DNA of 64,000 nt from Acidimicrobiia bacterium (GTDB lineage: Bacteria; Actinomycetota; Acidimicrobiia; Spongiisociales; ZC4RG35), in contig OZ244034.1 of assembly GCA_965215185.1 (NCBI GenBank), positions 1,984,001 through 2,048,000 on the forward strand, in the 5' to 3' direction. A program made the position numbers and the translations under genes. Positions 40,066-50,110 of the stretch are shown piece after piece (position 1 is the first letter of the stretch; every line of letters begins with the position of its first letter). The notes beneath the pieces were generated by a model. That model saw only the letters and a list, made by a program, of their open reading frames with translations. It ran no database searches and was not told the DNA's origin.

Positions 40066-41146
40066 CCACCGCCCCCTCTCCGCCCATGCTCTGCACAAGA
40101 GCTTTTCGGGCACCGTTGCCTTGGACGGCTTCACCCTGGAAGTGGAGAGCGGCGCCCTTCTGACCGTATTGGGGCCCTCGGGAGTGGGCAAGACCACAGC
40201 TTTGCGGATTCTGGCCGGCTTCGAACGGCCGGACTCGGGAACGGTAAGGGTCAACGGGCAAACCGTCAACGGTCCCAACATTTTCATACCTCCCGAGCGG
40301 CGCCAAGTGGGAATGGTTTTTCAGGACTATGCACTGTTCCCTCATCTCAATGTGGCTCGGAATGTGGCGTTCGGACTTGGCGCCGAGGGGCGTTCCCGCC
40401 GGGTGTCAGAAGTGCTGGAAATGGTGAGATTGGCCGGTTTGGAGAACCGAATGCCACATGCACTCTCCGCCGGTCAGCAACAGCGAGTGGCTCTGGCAAG
40501 GGCGTTGGCGCCCCGCCCCCAGGTGATATTGGCAGATGAACCCTTTTCCAACCTGGATGCGGCTCTGCGCAAACGGCTGCGAGCCGAGGTCAGGTCGATA
40601 CTCCACGATGCCGAGACCACCGCCATCATGGTCACCCACGATCAGGAGGAGGCTCTGGCCGTCAGCGACCGGCTGGCTCTGATGAATGACGGCAAGGTGG
40701 TACAGACCGGACCCCCCGACTACGTCTATCGAAACCCCGCCACATCCTGGGTGGCCGAATTCCTGGGCGACGCCGACTTCTTCGAAGCCGAGGCCCGATC
40801 TGGGAGAATCACCACCCCATTCGGCACCTTTCCCACCACCCGCTCTGGTTCGGTGAAGGTGATGGTCCGCCCGGAGTCGGTCACTGTCTTTCCCCATGCC
40901 CAGGGAACCGCGGTGATTGTCTACCGGGAATTCTTCGGACACGACCAACTGCTATCGGTGAAGCTGCCGGGAGACATCACTCTCCGAGCCCGCTGCTGGC
41001 CCCAGCCGGCCCTTGCCCCCGGCGACCGGGTGGCAGTGTCGGTGGACGGCATCCACATCTTCGACGAACCCCGAGAGTTTCCTGCCCCACCGGAGAGTCC
41101 ACCATCAGGCACTCCCCTCCCCCAGCGGGTGGTCATTCCTCGGTAA
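40049..41146 (+). CDS. Fe3+ ABC transporter ATP-binding protein
   Basis: GPSGVGKT, FQDYALFPHL, LSAGQQQRV and DEPFSNLD motifs. Confidence 0.92.
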   Translation: MNSSASHRPLSAHALHKSFSGTVALDGFTLEVESGALLTVLGPSGVGKTTALRILAGFERPDSGTVRVNGQTVNGPNIFIPPERRQVGMVFQDYALFPHLNVARNVAFGLGAEGRSRRVSEVLEMVRLAGLENRMPHALSAGQQQRVALARALAPRPQVILADEPFSNLDAALRKRLRAEVRSILHDAETTAIMVTHDQEEALAVSDRLALMNDGKVVQTGPPDYVYRNPATSWVAEFLGDADFFEAEARSGRITTPFGTFPTTRSGSVKVMVRPESVTVFPHAQGTAVIVYREFFGHDQLLSVKLPGDITLRARCWPQPALAPGDRVAVSVDGIHIFDEPREFPAPPESPPSGTPLPQRVVIPR

Positions 41147-41194
41147 TAGTCATTCGTTACTACTGACAACCAAGGAGGTCTTGGACACTCATGC

Positions 41195-42541
41195 TCAGTC
41201 CCCCACCGATGGGCCTAAGAAGTCCTCCAATCTCTCCGTTGCTAAGAAGTAACGATGTTGCTTGCCTACCTTGCGACGTCTTAGCAGTCCCGTTTCATAT
41301 AACTCCATCATGTCGCTATGGGCAGTGGGGTAGGTGATCCCATGTCTAGTCTGCTGCCACTGAATGGTGTAGAAAGCATCCCGGTGTCGCAATGCGTGGC
41401 TCAATAAGGCAATCTGCCGATGGTTGAGATTCGAGTCACCACGGAGTGCCTGCTCAACCTGTCTCAACTCGGCGGCCTCGTCATCTATGTAGCTCCATAG
41501 CTCCACAACCGAACGGCGCAGAACATCAAGTTGGTGAAGTAGGAAGTACGTGAAGTCTCCACCATCAGTTTCTGTGAAGAGCAAGGCCCTTCCGTATTGT
41601 GCAGGGGCTTGGCGAAGTAGCCGAGAGATGGAGATGTACTCAGCCAACCAGTACCCCTGACGTAACAAAGACCGGTAAAACAAGGCCCGAGCTGTCCTGC
41701 CGTTTCCTTCTACAAAGGGATGAATGTATGCCAGATAGAAGTGCAGGGCGATGGCCCGCACCAAAGGATGCACAAATGGCTCAGACCCCACGTCGTTAGC
41801 GAAGGCCACTAGCGATTCCATCCGCGAGGGAAGTTCATCGGCAGGAGGCGGCACATGAAATGTGCGATCCTCGGTAGGATGGCCAACAACAACCCGCTCC
41901 TCACCGGGCCCTTGCATGCGACCTGCATCCTCTGGGCGTTTTAGGATCCCTTCAGTGACCGTCCGGTGAATTTCCAACACCTTCTCCGGCGTTAGACGAT
42001 CCTGATAATCCTTGCTGATGCGCTGCATGGTCAGGTAGTTGTTAACCACCATCCGTTCAGCTTCCGTCCGAGGAGATCTGCCTGAGTGAAGTAGCTGCTT
42101 TGCTTCATGACGGGTGGTGGCAGCACCCTCAAGCAGGCTTGATGCAATGGCTTCCTCCATCAAGCCCGATACGACATAGCGATATCGATCCCTAGGGCTT
42201 ATGCCTTTTTCGGCGAAACCCATTCTCCCAGCGGCCTGCTGTTCAATCTGATGCATCAAAGAAAGCGCTTCATCGGTCAGGATGTAGGTGAAAGGCTTCC
42301 CATCAACATCATTAAACGGCAACGCCCGTCGGCCCTGCCCCCGCGCCCATTTGACACCGAGCCACCACTGCTCCTTTGATAACCCCTCAGGAGGAGGGCG
42401 GTGCCGAAGTTGCTCCCAATGCAAATAGCGACCACCCACGGCTGGACCAATCTGACCGGAAACGATCGCTGCCGGTATCCGATCTCCAACGAACTTGTCG
42501 AAAAGCTCACTGATTTGAGGGGCTGGCGGTGGTCTTTTCAT
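41195..42541 (-). CDS. Fic family protein with C-terminal HTH
   Basis: HPFVEGNGRTAR; EAIASSLLEG inhibitory motif. Confidence 0.93.
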   Translation of the reverse strand: MKRPPPAPQISELFDKFVGDRIPAAIVSGQIGPAVGGRYLHWEQLRHRPPPEGLSKEQWWLGVKWARGQGRRALPFNDVDGKPFTYILTDEALSLMHQIEQQAAGRMGFAEKGISPRDRYRYVVSGLMEEAIASSLLEGAATTRHEAKQLLHSGRSPRTEAERMVVNNYLTMQRISKDYQDRLTPEKVLEIHRTVTEGILKRPEDAGRMQGPGEERVVVGHPTEDRTFHVPPPADELPSRMESLVAFANDVGSEPFVHPLVRAIALHFYLAYIHPFVEGNGRTARALFYRSLLRQGYWLAEYISISRLLRQAPAQYGRALLFTETDGGDFTYFLLHQLDVLRRSVVELWSYIDDEAAELRQVEQALRGDSNLNHRQIALLSHALRHRDAFYTIQWQQTRHGITYPTAHSDMMELYETGLLRRRKVGKQHRYFLATERLEDFLGPSVGD

Positions 42542-42548
42542 ACAGACC

Positions 42549-42670
42549 TATAGATTCTATACGTTTTTGATATGTTCTATATACATAACACTTCCTACAC
42601 AAGGCACCGACTGATCAAAACCCACAGGTTTTTCCTATAGATTCTATAGCTATTTGATACGTCTTTGATA
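42549..42670. promoter_or_regulatory. Duplicated palindromic operator upstream of fic
   Basis: TATAGATTCTATA at 42549 and 42636; TTTGATA at 42566, 42653 and 42664. Confidence 0.55.
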
Positions 42671-42728
42671 TGTCTCTCGGGCTTTTGCGTCATGTGTCGC
42701 GCCTGAGGCCACAACTAGCCTGAGGCGG

Positions 42729-44120
42729 ATGGACACCGCAGAATTCCGCAAGCACGGGTACCGGCTGATCGACTGGCTCGCCGATTATTGGGAGAACATC
42801 GAGAGCATGCGGATCCTTCCCGACGTCAAGCCGGGTGAGATCCGCTCACGGATGCCTTTGCATGCCCCTGAACGCCCCGAGCCTTTCGATGCCATCATGG
42901 CCGACCTTGACGAGATCGTAATGCCCGGCATCGCTCACTGGCAGTCGCCCGGATGGTTCGCCTTTTTCCCCGCCAACTCCTCCCCTCCGGCGGTGTTGGG
43001 CGAGTTGGCCGCCGCCGGACTGGGCGTGCAGGGGATGATGTGGGCCACCAGTCCGGCCTGCACCGAGGTTGAAGCCCAGGTGATGGACTGGATGGTGGAC
43101 CTGATGGGCTTACCTCAGGGATGGAAGACCACCGGACCGGGCGGCGGAGTGATCCAGGGCAGTTCCTCGGAAGCGACTCATTTGGCGGTAGTGATCGCCC
43201 GTCACATCAATTCCCGCCGGGCGTCCGCCGACGATCTGGTGGCCTACACCTCGGCCCAGGCACACTCCTCGGTGGAGAAAGGCGTTCGAGTGGCGGGAGT
43301 GGGCCATCTGCGACTGGTGGAGACGGACGCCGTGCAACAAATGTCCCCCGCGGCTCTTTCCCAGGCGATCACCGCCGACCGAGCGGGTGGATTGACTCCG
43401 GCATTTGTGGCGAGCACAGTGGGCACCACCGGCACCACCGCAGTGGATCCCCTGCGCGCCATTGGCGAGATCGCCCGCTCGGAGGGTATGTGGCACCATG
43501 TGGACGCGGCCTTTTCGGGCACGGCCATGATCTGTCCCGAGTTCCGCCATTATCAGGATGGTTTGGAGTTGGTGGACAGCTATGTCTTCAACCCCCACAA
43601 ATGGATGTTCACCAATTTCGACTGCTCTGCCATGTACTGGGCAGACCGGCGCCCGGTTATCGAAGCTCTCAGCATCACCCCGCCGTATCTTCGCAACCAG
43701 GCCACCGCAGGAGGGGAAGTGATCGACTACCGCGACTGGCAGGTGCCGTTGGGAAGACGCTTTCGGGCCCTGAAGCTGTGGTTCGTACTCCGCTCCTACG
43801 GCGCGGAAGGGATCCGGGAAGTTGTTCGGGAACACATCCGTCTCGCCCGCTGGCTGACCGAGAACATTGAGGCCCATCCTCATCTCGAGTTGGTGGCGCC
43901 CACCACCTTTTCCCTGGTCTCTTTCCGTCATAGCGGGAGCGATGAACAAACCTCCCGGCTGGCGGAAGGGATCAACTCTTCCGGCTGGGCATACGTAACC
44001 GCCTCGGTTCTGGGTGATCGTCCTTTCATCCGGGTGTCTATCGGCCAGACCAACACCGTAGCCCGCCATGTCCAGCGTCTCTGGGAAATGATCGAGCTAC
44101 TCACCAAGGAGGATGCATGA
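42729..44120 (+). CDS. PLP-dependent aromatic L-amino acid decarboxylase
   Basis: HWQSP, SPACTE, AHSSVEK, HVDAA, FNPHKW and LGRRFRALKLW motifs. Confidence 0.92.
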   Translation: MDTAEFRKHGYRLIDWLADYWENIESMRILPDVKPGEIRSRMPLHAPERPEPFDAIMADLDEIVMPGIAHWQSPGWFAFFPANSSPPAVLGELAAAGLGVQGMMWATSPACTEVEAQVMDWMVDLMGLPQGWKTTGPGGGVIQGSSSEATHLAVVIARHINSRRASADDLVAYTSAQAHSSVEKGVRVAGVGHLRLVETDAVQQMSPAALSQAITADRAGGLTPAFVASTVGTTGTTAVDPLRAIGEIARSEGMWHHVDAAFSGTAMICPEFRHYQDGLELVDSYVFNPHKWMFTNFDCSAMYWADRRPVIEALSITPPYLRNQATAGGEVIDYRDWQVPLGRRFRALKLWFVLRSYGAEGIREVVREHIRLARWLTENIEAHPHLELVAPTTFSLVSFRHSGSDEQTSRLAEGINSSGWAYVTASVLGDRPFIRVSIGQTNTVARHVQRLWEMIELLTKEDA

Positions 44121-44755
44121 ACGGCAAAGTTGTGATGATCAACCCCAACAGCACCGAGTACATCACCCGGCAGTTGGCCAAAGCCGCCTCCGAGTCGGTC
44201 GATTCCGACCTGGAGGTGGAGGTACTAACCAACCGGGAGGGTCCGGCAGCCATCGAGTGCGACCAGGATGTGATTGATTCGGTCTCCTCCATGCTGGAGA
44301 CCCTCCGCAGTCACCCCGCCGATGCCTACGTGGTCGGGTGTTTTTCAGACCCCGGCCTCGCTGCGGCCCGCCAGGAGTTTTCGTCGCCGGTGTTCGGAAT
44401 CGCTGAGTCTTCCATCTGGGCGGCCTTGCAGATCTCCCCTTCGGTAGGCATCATCGCCGGGCTGGACAAAGCCATCCCCCGCCATCAGATCTACTGGGAG
44501 AAGCTGGGCGCCACCGAGAACATAGTGGGAGAGATTGCCTGCGGGCGGGGGGTGCTGGACCTGGAAAGCGAGGAGGCCTACCAGGATGTGCTGGCCGCCG
44601 GAACCCGGCTTCGGGAGGCACAAGCCGAAGTTCTGGTGCTGGGGTGCGCGGGCATGACCAAGATGGCGGATAGGCTGGCTGGCGACCTCGGAATCCCGGT
44701 GGTGGAACCCTGCCGAGCGGCCCTCCAGAGAGCTGCAAGCGCCCTGTCACAATAG
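44117..44755 (+). CDS. Asp/Glu/hydantoin racemase family protein
   Basis: INPNST, GCFSDPGL and LGCAGM motifs. Confidence 0.9.
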   Translation: MNGKVVMINPNSTEYITRQLAKAASESVDSDLEVEVLTNREGPAAIECDQDVIDSVSSMLETLRSHPADAYVVGCFSDPGLAAARQEFSSPVFGIAESSIWAALQISPSVGIIAGLDKAIPRHQIYWEKLGATENIVGEIACGRGVLDLESEEAYQDVLAAGTRLREAQAEVLVLGCAGMTKMADRLAGDLGIPVVEPCRAALQRAASALSQ

Positions 44756-44782
44756 CGGCAAGCCCCTGATAATCTCGGCCCT

Positions 44783-45238
44783 ATGACTCTCATCACCCAC
44801 CCCCATCCGACCCGTATCAAAGCGGTCACCGTTGATGCCGCAGATCCGAACAAACTGGCTCAGTTCTGGGGCTTCGCCCTGGGGTATGTTCTGCAGCCGC
44901 CTCCTGAGGGATTTGAAACGTGGGAGGCGTTCGCAGACGCTTTGGACCTGTCGGCAGAAGAACGGGAACGCTACTCGGCAGTCATTGATCCGCACGGGGT
45001 GGGGCCGAGGATCTTGTTCCAAAAGGTTCCGGAGAAAAAGATCGTCAAGAACCGCTGGCATCTTGACATCGACATCATCGACCGCTCACTGCCTGAAGAC
45101 CAACACGACCGAAACCGGGAAGCCAGAATCTCGGCTTTGATCAAAAGAGGTGCCACCGAGGTGGCCCGATTCGATGAGCCGGTGGGCAAATGGGTGGTGA
45201 TGACCGACCCCGAGGGCAACGAATTCTGCGTCCTGTAG
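44783..45238 (+). CDS. VOC/glyoxalase family protein
   Basis: DAADP..LAQFW, KNRWHLD and DPEGNEFC motifs. Confidence 0.9.
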   Translation: MTLITHPHPTRIKAVTVDAADPNKLAQFWGFALGYVLQPPPEGFETWEAFADALDLSAEERERYSAVIDPHGVGPRILFQKVPEKKIVKNRWHLDIDIIDRSLPEDQHDRNREARISALIKRGATEVARFDEPVGKWVVMTDPEGNEFCVL

Positions 45239-45332
45239 CCCGCGGGATGGCTTGACCTAACCGCCCCCCGAGATTTACCTCCTGAAAGGTTGGGTTTCGT
45301 TCCCCTGACGGAGGGCCTCGAAAAACGCTAGT

Positions 45333-46970
45333 GTGCCATTAATGTCGAGTGTCTCCTCCCAGGTAGATCGCAGCCGAACCGCGGCCATATACCTGCTGGT
45401 ATCGGTGCTGGGGATCTCGGTGGTACCTCTTGCCATGGTGGTGGCGGGGGCGCCTGACAGCCCGTTTCTCTTTGGAGCCTTCCTATCGGGAGGCACATCG
45501 ATAGGCGCTCTGGTCTTTCTGAGGGCCAGGTACGGATCGCTGCTGCGCGATCCCCGCATTGTTGCCCTCATCCGAAAGAATATGGTCAGTTGGCCGATGC
45601 TCTTCATCCTGCTCGGCACTTTCGATTTCACCTTCTTCGCCTGGGCCACCAGGTTCATCGACGCCACCGTGGCCACCATATTGTGGGGGTGCTGGCCGAT
45701 CGTCTTCGTGTTCCTTCTCAGCCGGGTTTTCAAAGGCAGACAAGCGGGGCCGTCGCGATATCGGCGGGTCACGGCTTCGCTGGTGGTGCTGATGGTCTTC
45801 AGCCTGATTGGCCTGGCCTACGTGGTGTTGGCTCAATCGAGCACGCAGAATCGCTTAGATTGGACATCGGACTCGTCCTATATCGGCTTCGCCCTGGTCC
45901 TGGCCAGCGGAGTACTGATCTCTTTCAATATCTTCTCCTTTTCATGGGCGGCGGCCATGGCCCGCAAATGCCAGGCCCGAAGCGACTCGACAGATACCCG
46001 CAGCATGGAGTTGTTCTTCATCACCGTGGTGATATGTCTCAGCAATGCTTTCACCGCCCCCGCAAAGATAGCCTTCAGCCTGGCCGCATCCGAAGGGATG
46101 CAACTGGATGTCATCCTGGTTGGACTGATCCTCGGCGCCACCCTCCGGGTCGGGAGTTCCATCCTCTGGCGTCATGCCAACCTGATCACCCGCGCCCTCG
46201 GCATCAATGCCCTGGGTTATGCGGAGCCGGTGTTCGCAGTGCTATGGCTGGCGTTGTTCTGGGAAGTCAACATACCGCGGGTCGATTACCTGATCATCGG
46301 AACCTGCGCCATCATTTCCGCGAACATCCTGATCAATTCGGAAGTCGAGATCGGACCAGGTTTCAAGTCGGCCATATTGTCTTTGTGGGCGGCGGGGACG
46401 GTTGTGTACTTCCGTGACCAGGGCCCTTCATGGGGAAGCGAAAAGTACTTCGGCTCATTGATCCTGCTGGCCGGCGTTTTCATCCTGGTTTTGAGTCTTC
46501 GCCTGGCAAGTGCCTCCTCTGCCACTTCCGGGAGACACGCCCTGTCCGACCCACATTCGTCGAAGAAGGGACACTTGGCCCCCACGCCGACCCTGGTTCG
46601 AAGCCGCCTTGACCCGGTGCAGCTTCTCACCATGATCGTATACGGCGCCGCGGCTGTTTCCTTGGCGGTGTTCGTGCGTCCCGTTCTGACGGGATGGACG
46701 GGATGGACAGGATGGCTGGCTGAGATGTTCACGGTTCTTTTCTCCACAGCAATCGTGTCTTCCGCCTTCCACGCCTATCGGGGGAATCTCAATAACCGAA
46801 TGCGGCCTGCCACAGAAGCCGTGAACGGAGAGGTCTTGGGCTCGGCGCACGCCGTCTGGGAGGAAAGACACCGCCGGATTGCGGTCTGGACTGCCACCCT
46901 GGTTGCAGTGGGGATATGTCTTTCCTTCGTCTACCTGCTTTGGGACAAGTGGCTGAGCGCGGGCGGCTAG
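45333..46970 (+). CDS. EamA/DMT-like membrane protein with extra C-terminal TM region
   Basis: About 14 TM segments; two EamA-like repeats. Confidence 0.7.
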   Translation: MPLMSSVSSQVDRSRTAAIYLLVSVLGISVVPLAMVVAGAPDSPFLFGAFLSGGTSIGALVFLRARYGSLLRDPRIVALIRKNMVSWPMLFILLGTFDFTFFAWATRFIDATVATILWGCWPIVFVFLLSRVFKGRQAGPSRYRRVTASLVVLMVFSLIGLAYVVLAQSSTQNRLDWTSDSSYIGFALVLASGVLISFNIFSFSWAAAMARKCQARSDSTDTRSMELFFITVVICLSNAFTAPAKIAFSLAASEGMQLDVILVGLILGATLRVGSSILWRHANLITRALGINALGYAEPVFAVLWLALFWEVNIPRVDYLIIGTCAIISANILINSEVEIGPGFKSAILSLWAAGTVVYFRDQGPSWGSEKYFGSLILLAGVFILVLSLRLASASSATSGRHALSDPHSSKKGHLAPTPTLVRSRLDPVQLLTMIVYGAAAVSLAVFVRPVLTGWTGWTGWLAEMFTVLFSTAIVSSAFHAYRGNLNNRMRPATEAVNGEVLGSAHAVWEERHRRIAVWTATLVAVGICLSFVYLLWDKWLSAGG

Positions 46971-47139
46971 CCGTGGGGTGTCTCCAACTGGGCGGCATCG
47001 ATTCGGATAGGACGCAGATCGGCCTGTTGCGCGTGCCTTAAGCCGGACAATAAACAGGCCCGGCGATAGGCATCCTTGGTGAGTGGTTGCGGAATACCAT
47101 GGAACTACAAGTGCAACCCACCACGAAGGAGAGGTCAAG

Positions 47140-48096
47140 ATGAATTTCGAAGATCGCCTTGATGAGCAAAGCAAAGCCGTTTTGGAGATGATCCCCGAGA
47201 GCCTGCTGGATCTATCTGACATTCCTGCTGCTCGGGCTGCTATCGACGGCATGATGGCTGCGATGTTTGCCTCCGCTCCGGATGTCCCGGGAGTGGATGT
47301 GGAAGACCATTGGGTGCCGGGAGCTCCCGGAGACCCTGATGTGATGGTCCGTGTCTACACCCCAACCAGTGTCGAGAAACCGGTCCCTGGCATGTATTGG
47401 ATCCACGGTGGGGGGATGGTGCTCGGGGATGTTTCCATGAACGACCTCGATCGCAAGGCAGTGGCCGTCGAGATGGGATGTGTGGTGGCGTCGGTGGAAT
47501 ACCGGCTGGCGCCCGAGCATCCGCACCCGGCGCCGATAGAGGACTGCTATGCGGGATTGAAGTGGTTCGCGGACAACTCTGAGAGTTTGGGAGTGGATCG
47601 GGGGCGGATCGCCATCGGCGGCGCCTCGGCAGGTGGCGGGTTGGCCGCGGCTTTGGCTCTATTGGCCAGAGACCGGGAAGAGGTGGAGATCATCTTCCAG
47701 CAACTCATCTATCCCATGCTGGACGACCGGAATATCACACACTCCAGCCACTATGTCCAGCACCCCAAGGTGTGGAACCGAAACGCCAACATTGCCGGGT
47801 GGAGCGCTCTGTTGGGAAAGCCGGCCGGCTCCGACGACGTATCGCCATACGCCTCACCAGCCAGAGCCGAAGACCTGTCGGGCTTGCCCCCGGCATTCAT
47901 CATCGTGGGTGAACTCGACCTCTTCTTGGATGAGGACATCGAGTACGCGCAGCGGCTAATACAGGCGGGCGTCCCCACCGAGTTGCATGTGTTCCCTGGG
48001 GCTTTCCACGGAAGCGATCTCATGGTGCCGTCCGAGAACAGCCAGAGATGGGCGGCAGTGACAACGGCAGCATTACGTCAGGCTCTTCACAGCTAA
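47140..48096 (+). CDS. Hormone-sensitive-lipase-family alpha/beta hydrolase
   Basis: HGGG, YRLAPEHP, GASAGG and GAFHG motifs; AAGGAGAGG RBS. Confidence 0.93.
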   Translation: MNFEDRLDEQSKAVLEMIPESLLDLSDIPAARAAIDGMMAAMFASAPDVPGVDVEDHWVPGAPGDPDVMVRVYTPTSVEKPVPGMYWIHGGGMVLGDVSMNDLDRKAVAVEMGCVVASVEYRLAPEHPHPAPIEDCYAGLKWFADNSESLGVDRGRIAIGGASAGGGLAAALALLARDREEVEIIFQQLIYPMLDDRNITHSSHYVQHPKVWNRNANIAGWSALLGKPAGSDDVSPYASPARAEDLSGLPPAFIIVGELDLFLDEDIEYAQRLIQAGVPTELHVFPGAFHGSDLMVPSENSQRWAAVTTAALRQALHS

Positions 48097-48624
48097 AGTG
48101 CCCACCCGAACCTGGCAAGACACTTGCGGAGCATCAGGTGTGGGGTTGTGCAATCTTGCTGCTCCTTGCTCCCTCCGGCGACTCAAATCGGTCCTTTGTA
48201 TGCCGCAATAAGGGAGAATCCTTCGGTGCGGTACTTGCGGGTGGTGATGATGGGATGCTCGAGGTCGGCCTCTTCGAAGTTGCAGTAGCGTCAATGTATC
48301 AAGAAGGATGTTCCTTTGCTGGCGCGTCGGAAGTTTGAGATGCGGCGGATCAATTCATCGTGCGGTCCGCAGACCAACTCGGGCCACCAGGATTGCTGGG
48401 CCTATCCCAGGGTGGTGTTCACCAGGGTCAGACCTCTTTCCAGTTGCTCGAGCCAATCCGCCCTGGGGCGACGGAGAGCATTGGTGCGCACTCTGAACAG
48501 ACAGACCGCCTGCCGCAGATTTCGGAACACGAGATGTGGCCAAAAGTCAACTGGTACCGTCGCTACAACTTCGCGATACGACAGGCTAACGGAACACGCC
48601 TTTCAGCGAGACCAGCAGACCGGA

Positions 48625-50106
48625 TCAGGGAATCAGACCCGCCGCGGCGTCGCCGAAAAAGGCTGCTATTCCTGGAAAGACACCTACCACTACCACCACC
48701 ACCAGCGACAGGGCCATGGCCAGGCTCAAAGGGCCGGTCGGACCGGTTTCGGTGTCCTCGGGGATCGACTTGGGCGCCTTATCGAACCAGGCGCTCTTCA
48801 CCACCCGGGCGTAGTAGTAGAAGGCCAACACCGCATTCACCGCGGCGATCACCGCCAGCCAGGTTCCCGCCGCGCCGGTGGATAAGAGCACCGACCGGAA
48901 CATTACGAACTTGGCGAACCACCCGGCCAGAGGAGGAAGCCCGGCCAAGGAGAGGAAGAACACCGCCAGCATCACTCCCAGACGGGGCGCATAGGAACCC
49001 AGACCCGCCCAGTCGGAGATCTCATAGCTTCCGATGCGACGCCCGGCGGCGATCACCACCGCAAAGGCGCCCAGGTTCATCACCGCGTAGATCACCAGAT
49101 AGACGACCGTGGCGCTCAACCCTTCCGCCAATCCGTCCTGGGCAATCGCCGCTCCGGCGAAAGGAACCAGCATGAATCCGGCCTGCGCCACCGACGAATA
49201 GGCCAAAAGGCGGATCACATGAGTCTGGCGCAGAGCAGAGAGGTTGCCCACGGTCATGGAGGCGGCCGCCATCAACCACAGGGCCGGCCCCCAGAACTCG
49301 GTGGCGGCCGGTAACGCCAGATAGACCACCACCAGCATGGCCACGAACCCGGCCAGCTTGGAGGAAACCGACAGGTAGGCGGTGACGGGAGGAGGAGAAC
49401 CCTGATAGGTGTCAGGCGCCCAGAAGTGAAAGGGGACGGCCGACACCTTGAAGCCGAACCCCACCAGGATCAGCATCACCGCCAATCCCAGCACCGGTTC
49501 GGACGCCAGTCCGCCCGCCGCGATAGCTTCCCGGATCCCGTCGAAGGCGAGTTCACCGGTGAGGCCGAAGAGAAGCGAGATCCCATAGAGCATCAGACCG
49601 GTGGACAACACCCCAATTATGAAGAACTTGAGGGAGGCCTCGTTGGAACGTAGGTCGCCCTTCCGCCATCCCGCCAGCAAGAAGAGCGGCCCGGTGGTCA
49701 GCTCCAGAGCCACGAACAGCACCACCAGATCCCGCGCCGAGGTCAAGACCATGGAGCCCAACAGGGAAGAGAGCAGCAACAGGTAATACTCACCCTGGTA
49801 GTAGCGATCCGACTCCACATAGGAGACCGAGATCAACAGCACCAGGTAGGCGGCGACTAGGAACACGCCTTTGAGCACCAGCGCGAAGGGATCGACCACA
49901 TAGGAGCCGTCGAACATCGAATACTGCTCGCCGGAGACCGCCAGGAGGATCACCGGCACCATGGCCAGGGTGGTTCCCACCACCGCTAGGGCCGCTACCC
50001 AGTATTTGCGATCCCGGGGCAGGAAGAGATCGACCGCCAGCACCACCAATAGCGTCACCGCCACCACCAACTCGGGCGCAATGGCCAGGTAGTCGATGTG
50101 CGGCAT
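48625..50106 (-). CDS. nuoN: NADH-quinone oxidoreductase subunit N
   Basis: FKVSAVPFHFWAPDTYQG and RLLAYSS motifs; operon position. Confidence 0.93.
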   Translation of the reverse strand: MPHIDYLAIAPELVVAVTLLVVLAVDLFLPRDRKYWVAALAVVGTTLAMVPVILLAVSGEQYSMFDGSYVVDPFALVLKGVFLVAAYLVLLISVSYVESDRYYQGEYYLLLLSSLLGSMVLTSARDLVVLFVALELTTGPLFLLAGWRKGDLRSNEASLKFFIIGVLSTGLMLYGISLLFGLTGELAFDGIREAIAAGGLASEPVLGLAVMLILVGFGFKVSAVPFHFWAPDTYQGSPPPVTAYLSVSSKLAGFVAMLVVVYLALPAATEFWGPALWLMAAASMTVGNLSALRQTHVIRLLAYSSVAQAGFMLVPFAGAAIAQDGLAEGLSATVVYLVIYAVMNLGAFAVVIAAGRRIGSYEISDWAGLGSYAPRLGVMLAVFFLSLAGLPPLAGWFAKFVMFRSVLLSTGAAGTWLAVIAAVNAVLAFYYYARVVKSAWFDKAPKSIPEDTETGPTGPLSLAMALSLVVVVVVGVFPGIAAFFGDAAAGLIP

Positions 50107-50110
50107 TCGC

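Noticed and set aside
46688-46714. 9-bp tandem repeat encoding GWTGWTGW
   Set aside because: In-frame local slippage with no evidence of function.
48100-48620. Overlapping ORFs between the hydrolase and nuoN
   Set aside because: No recognisable domain; probably a remnant or shadow ORFs.
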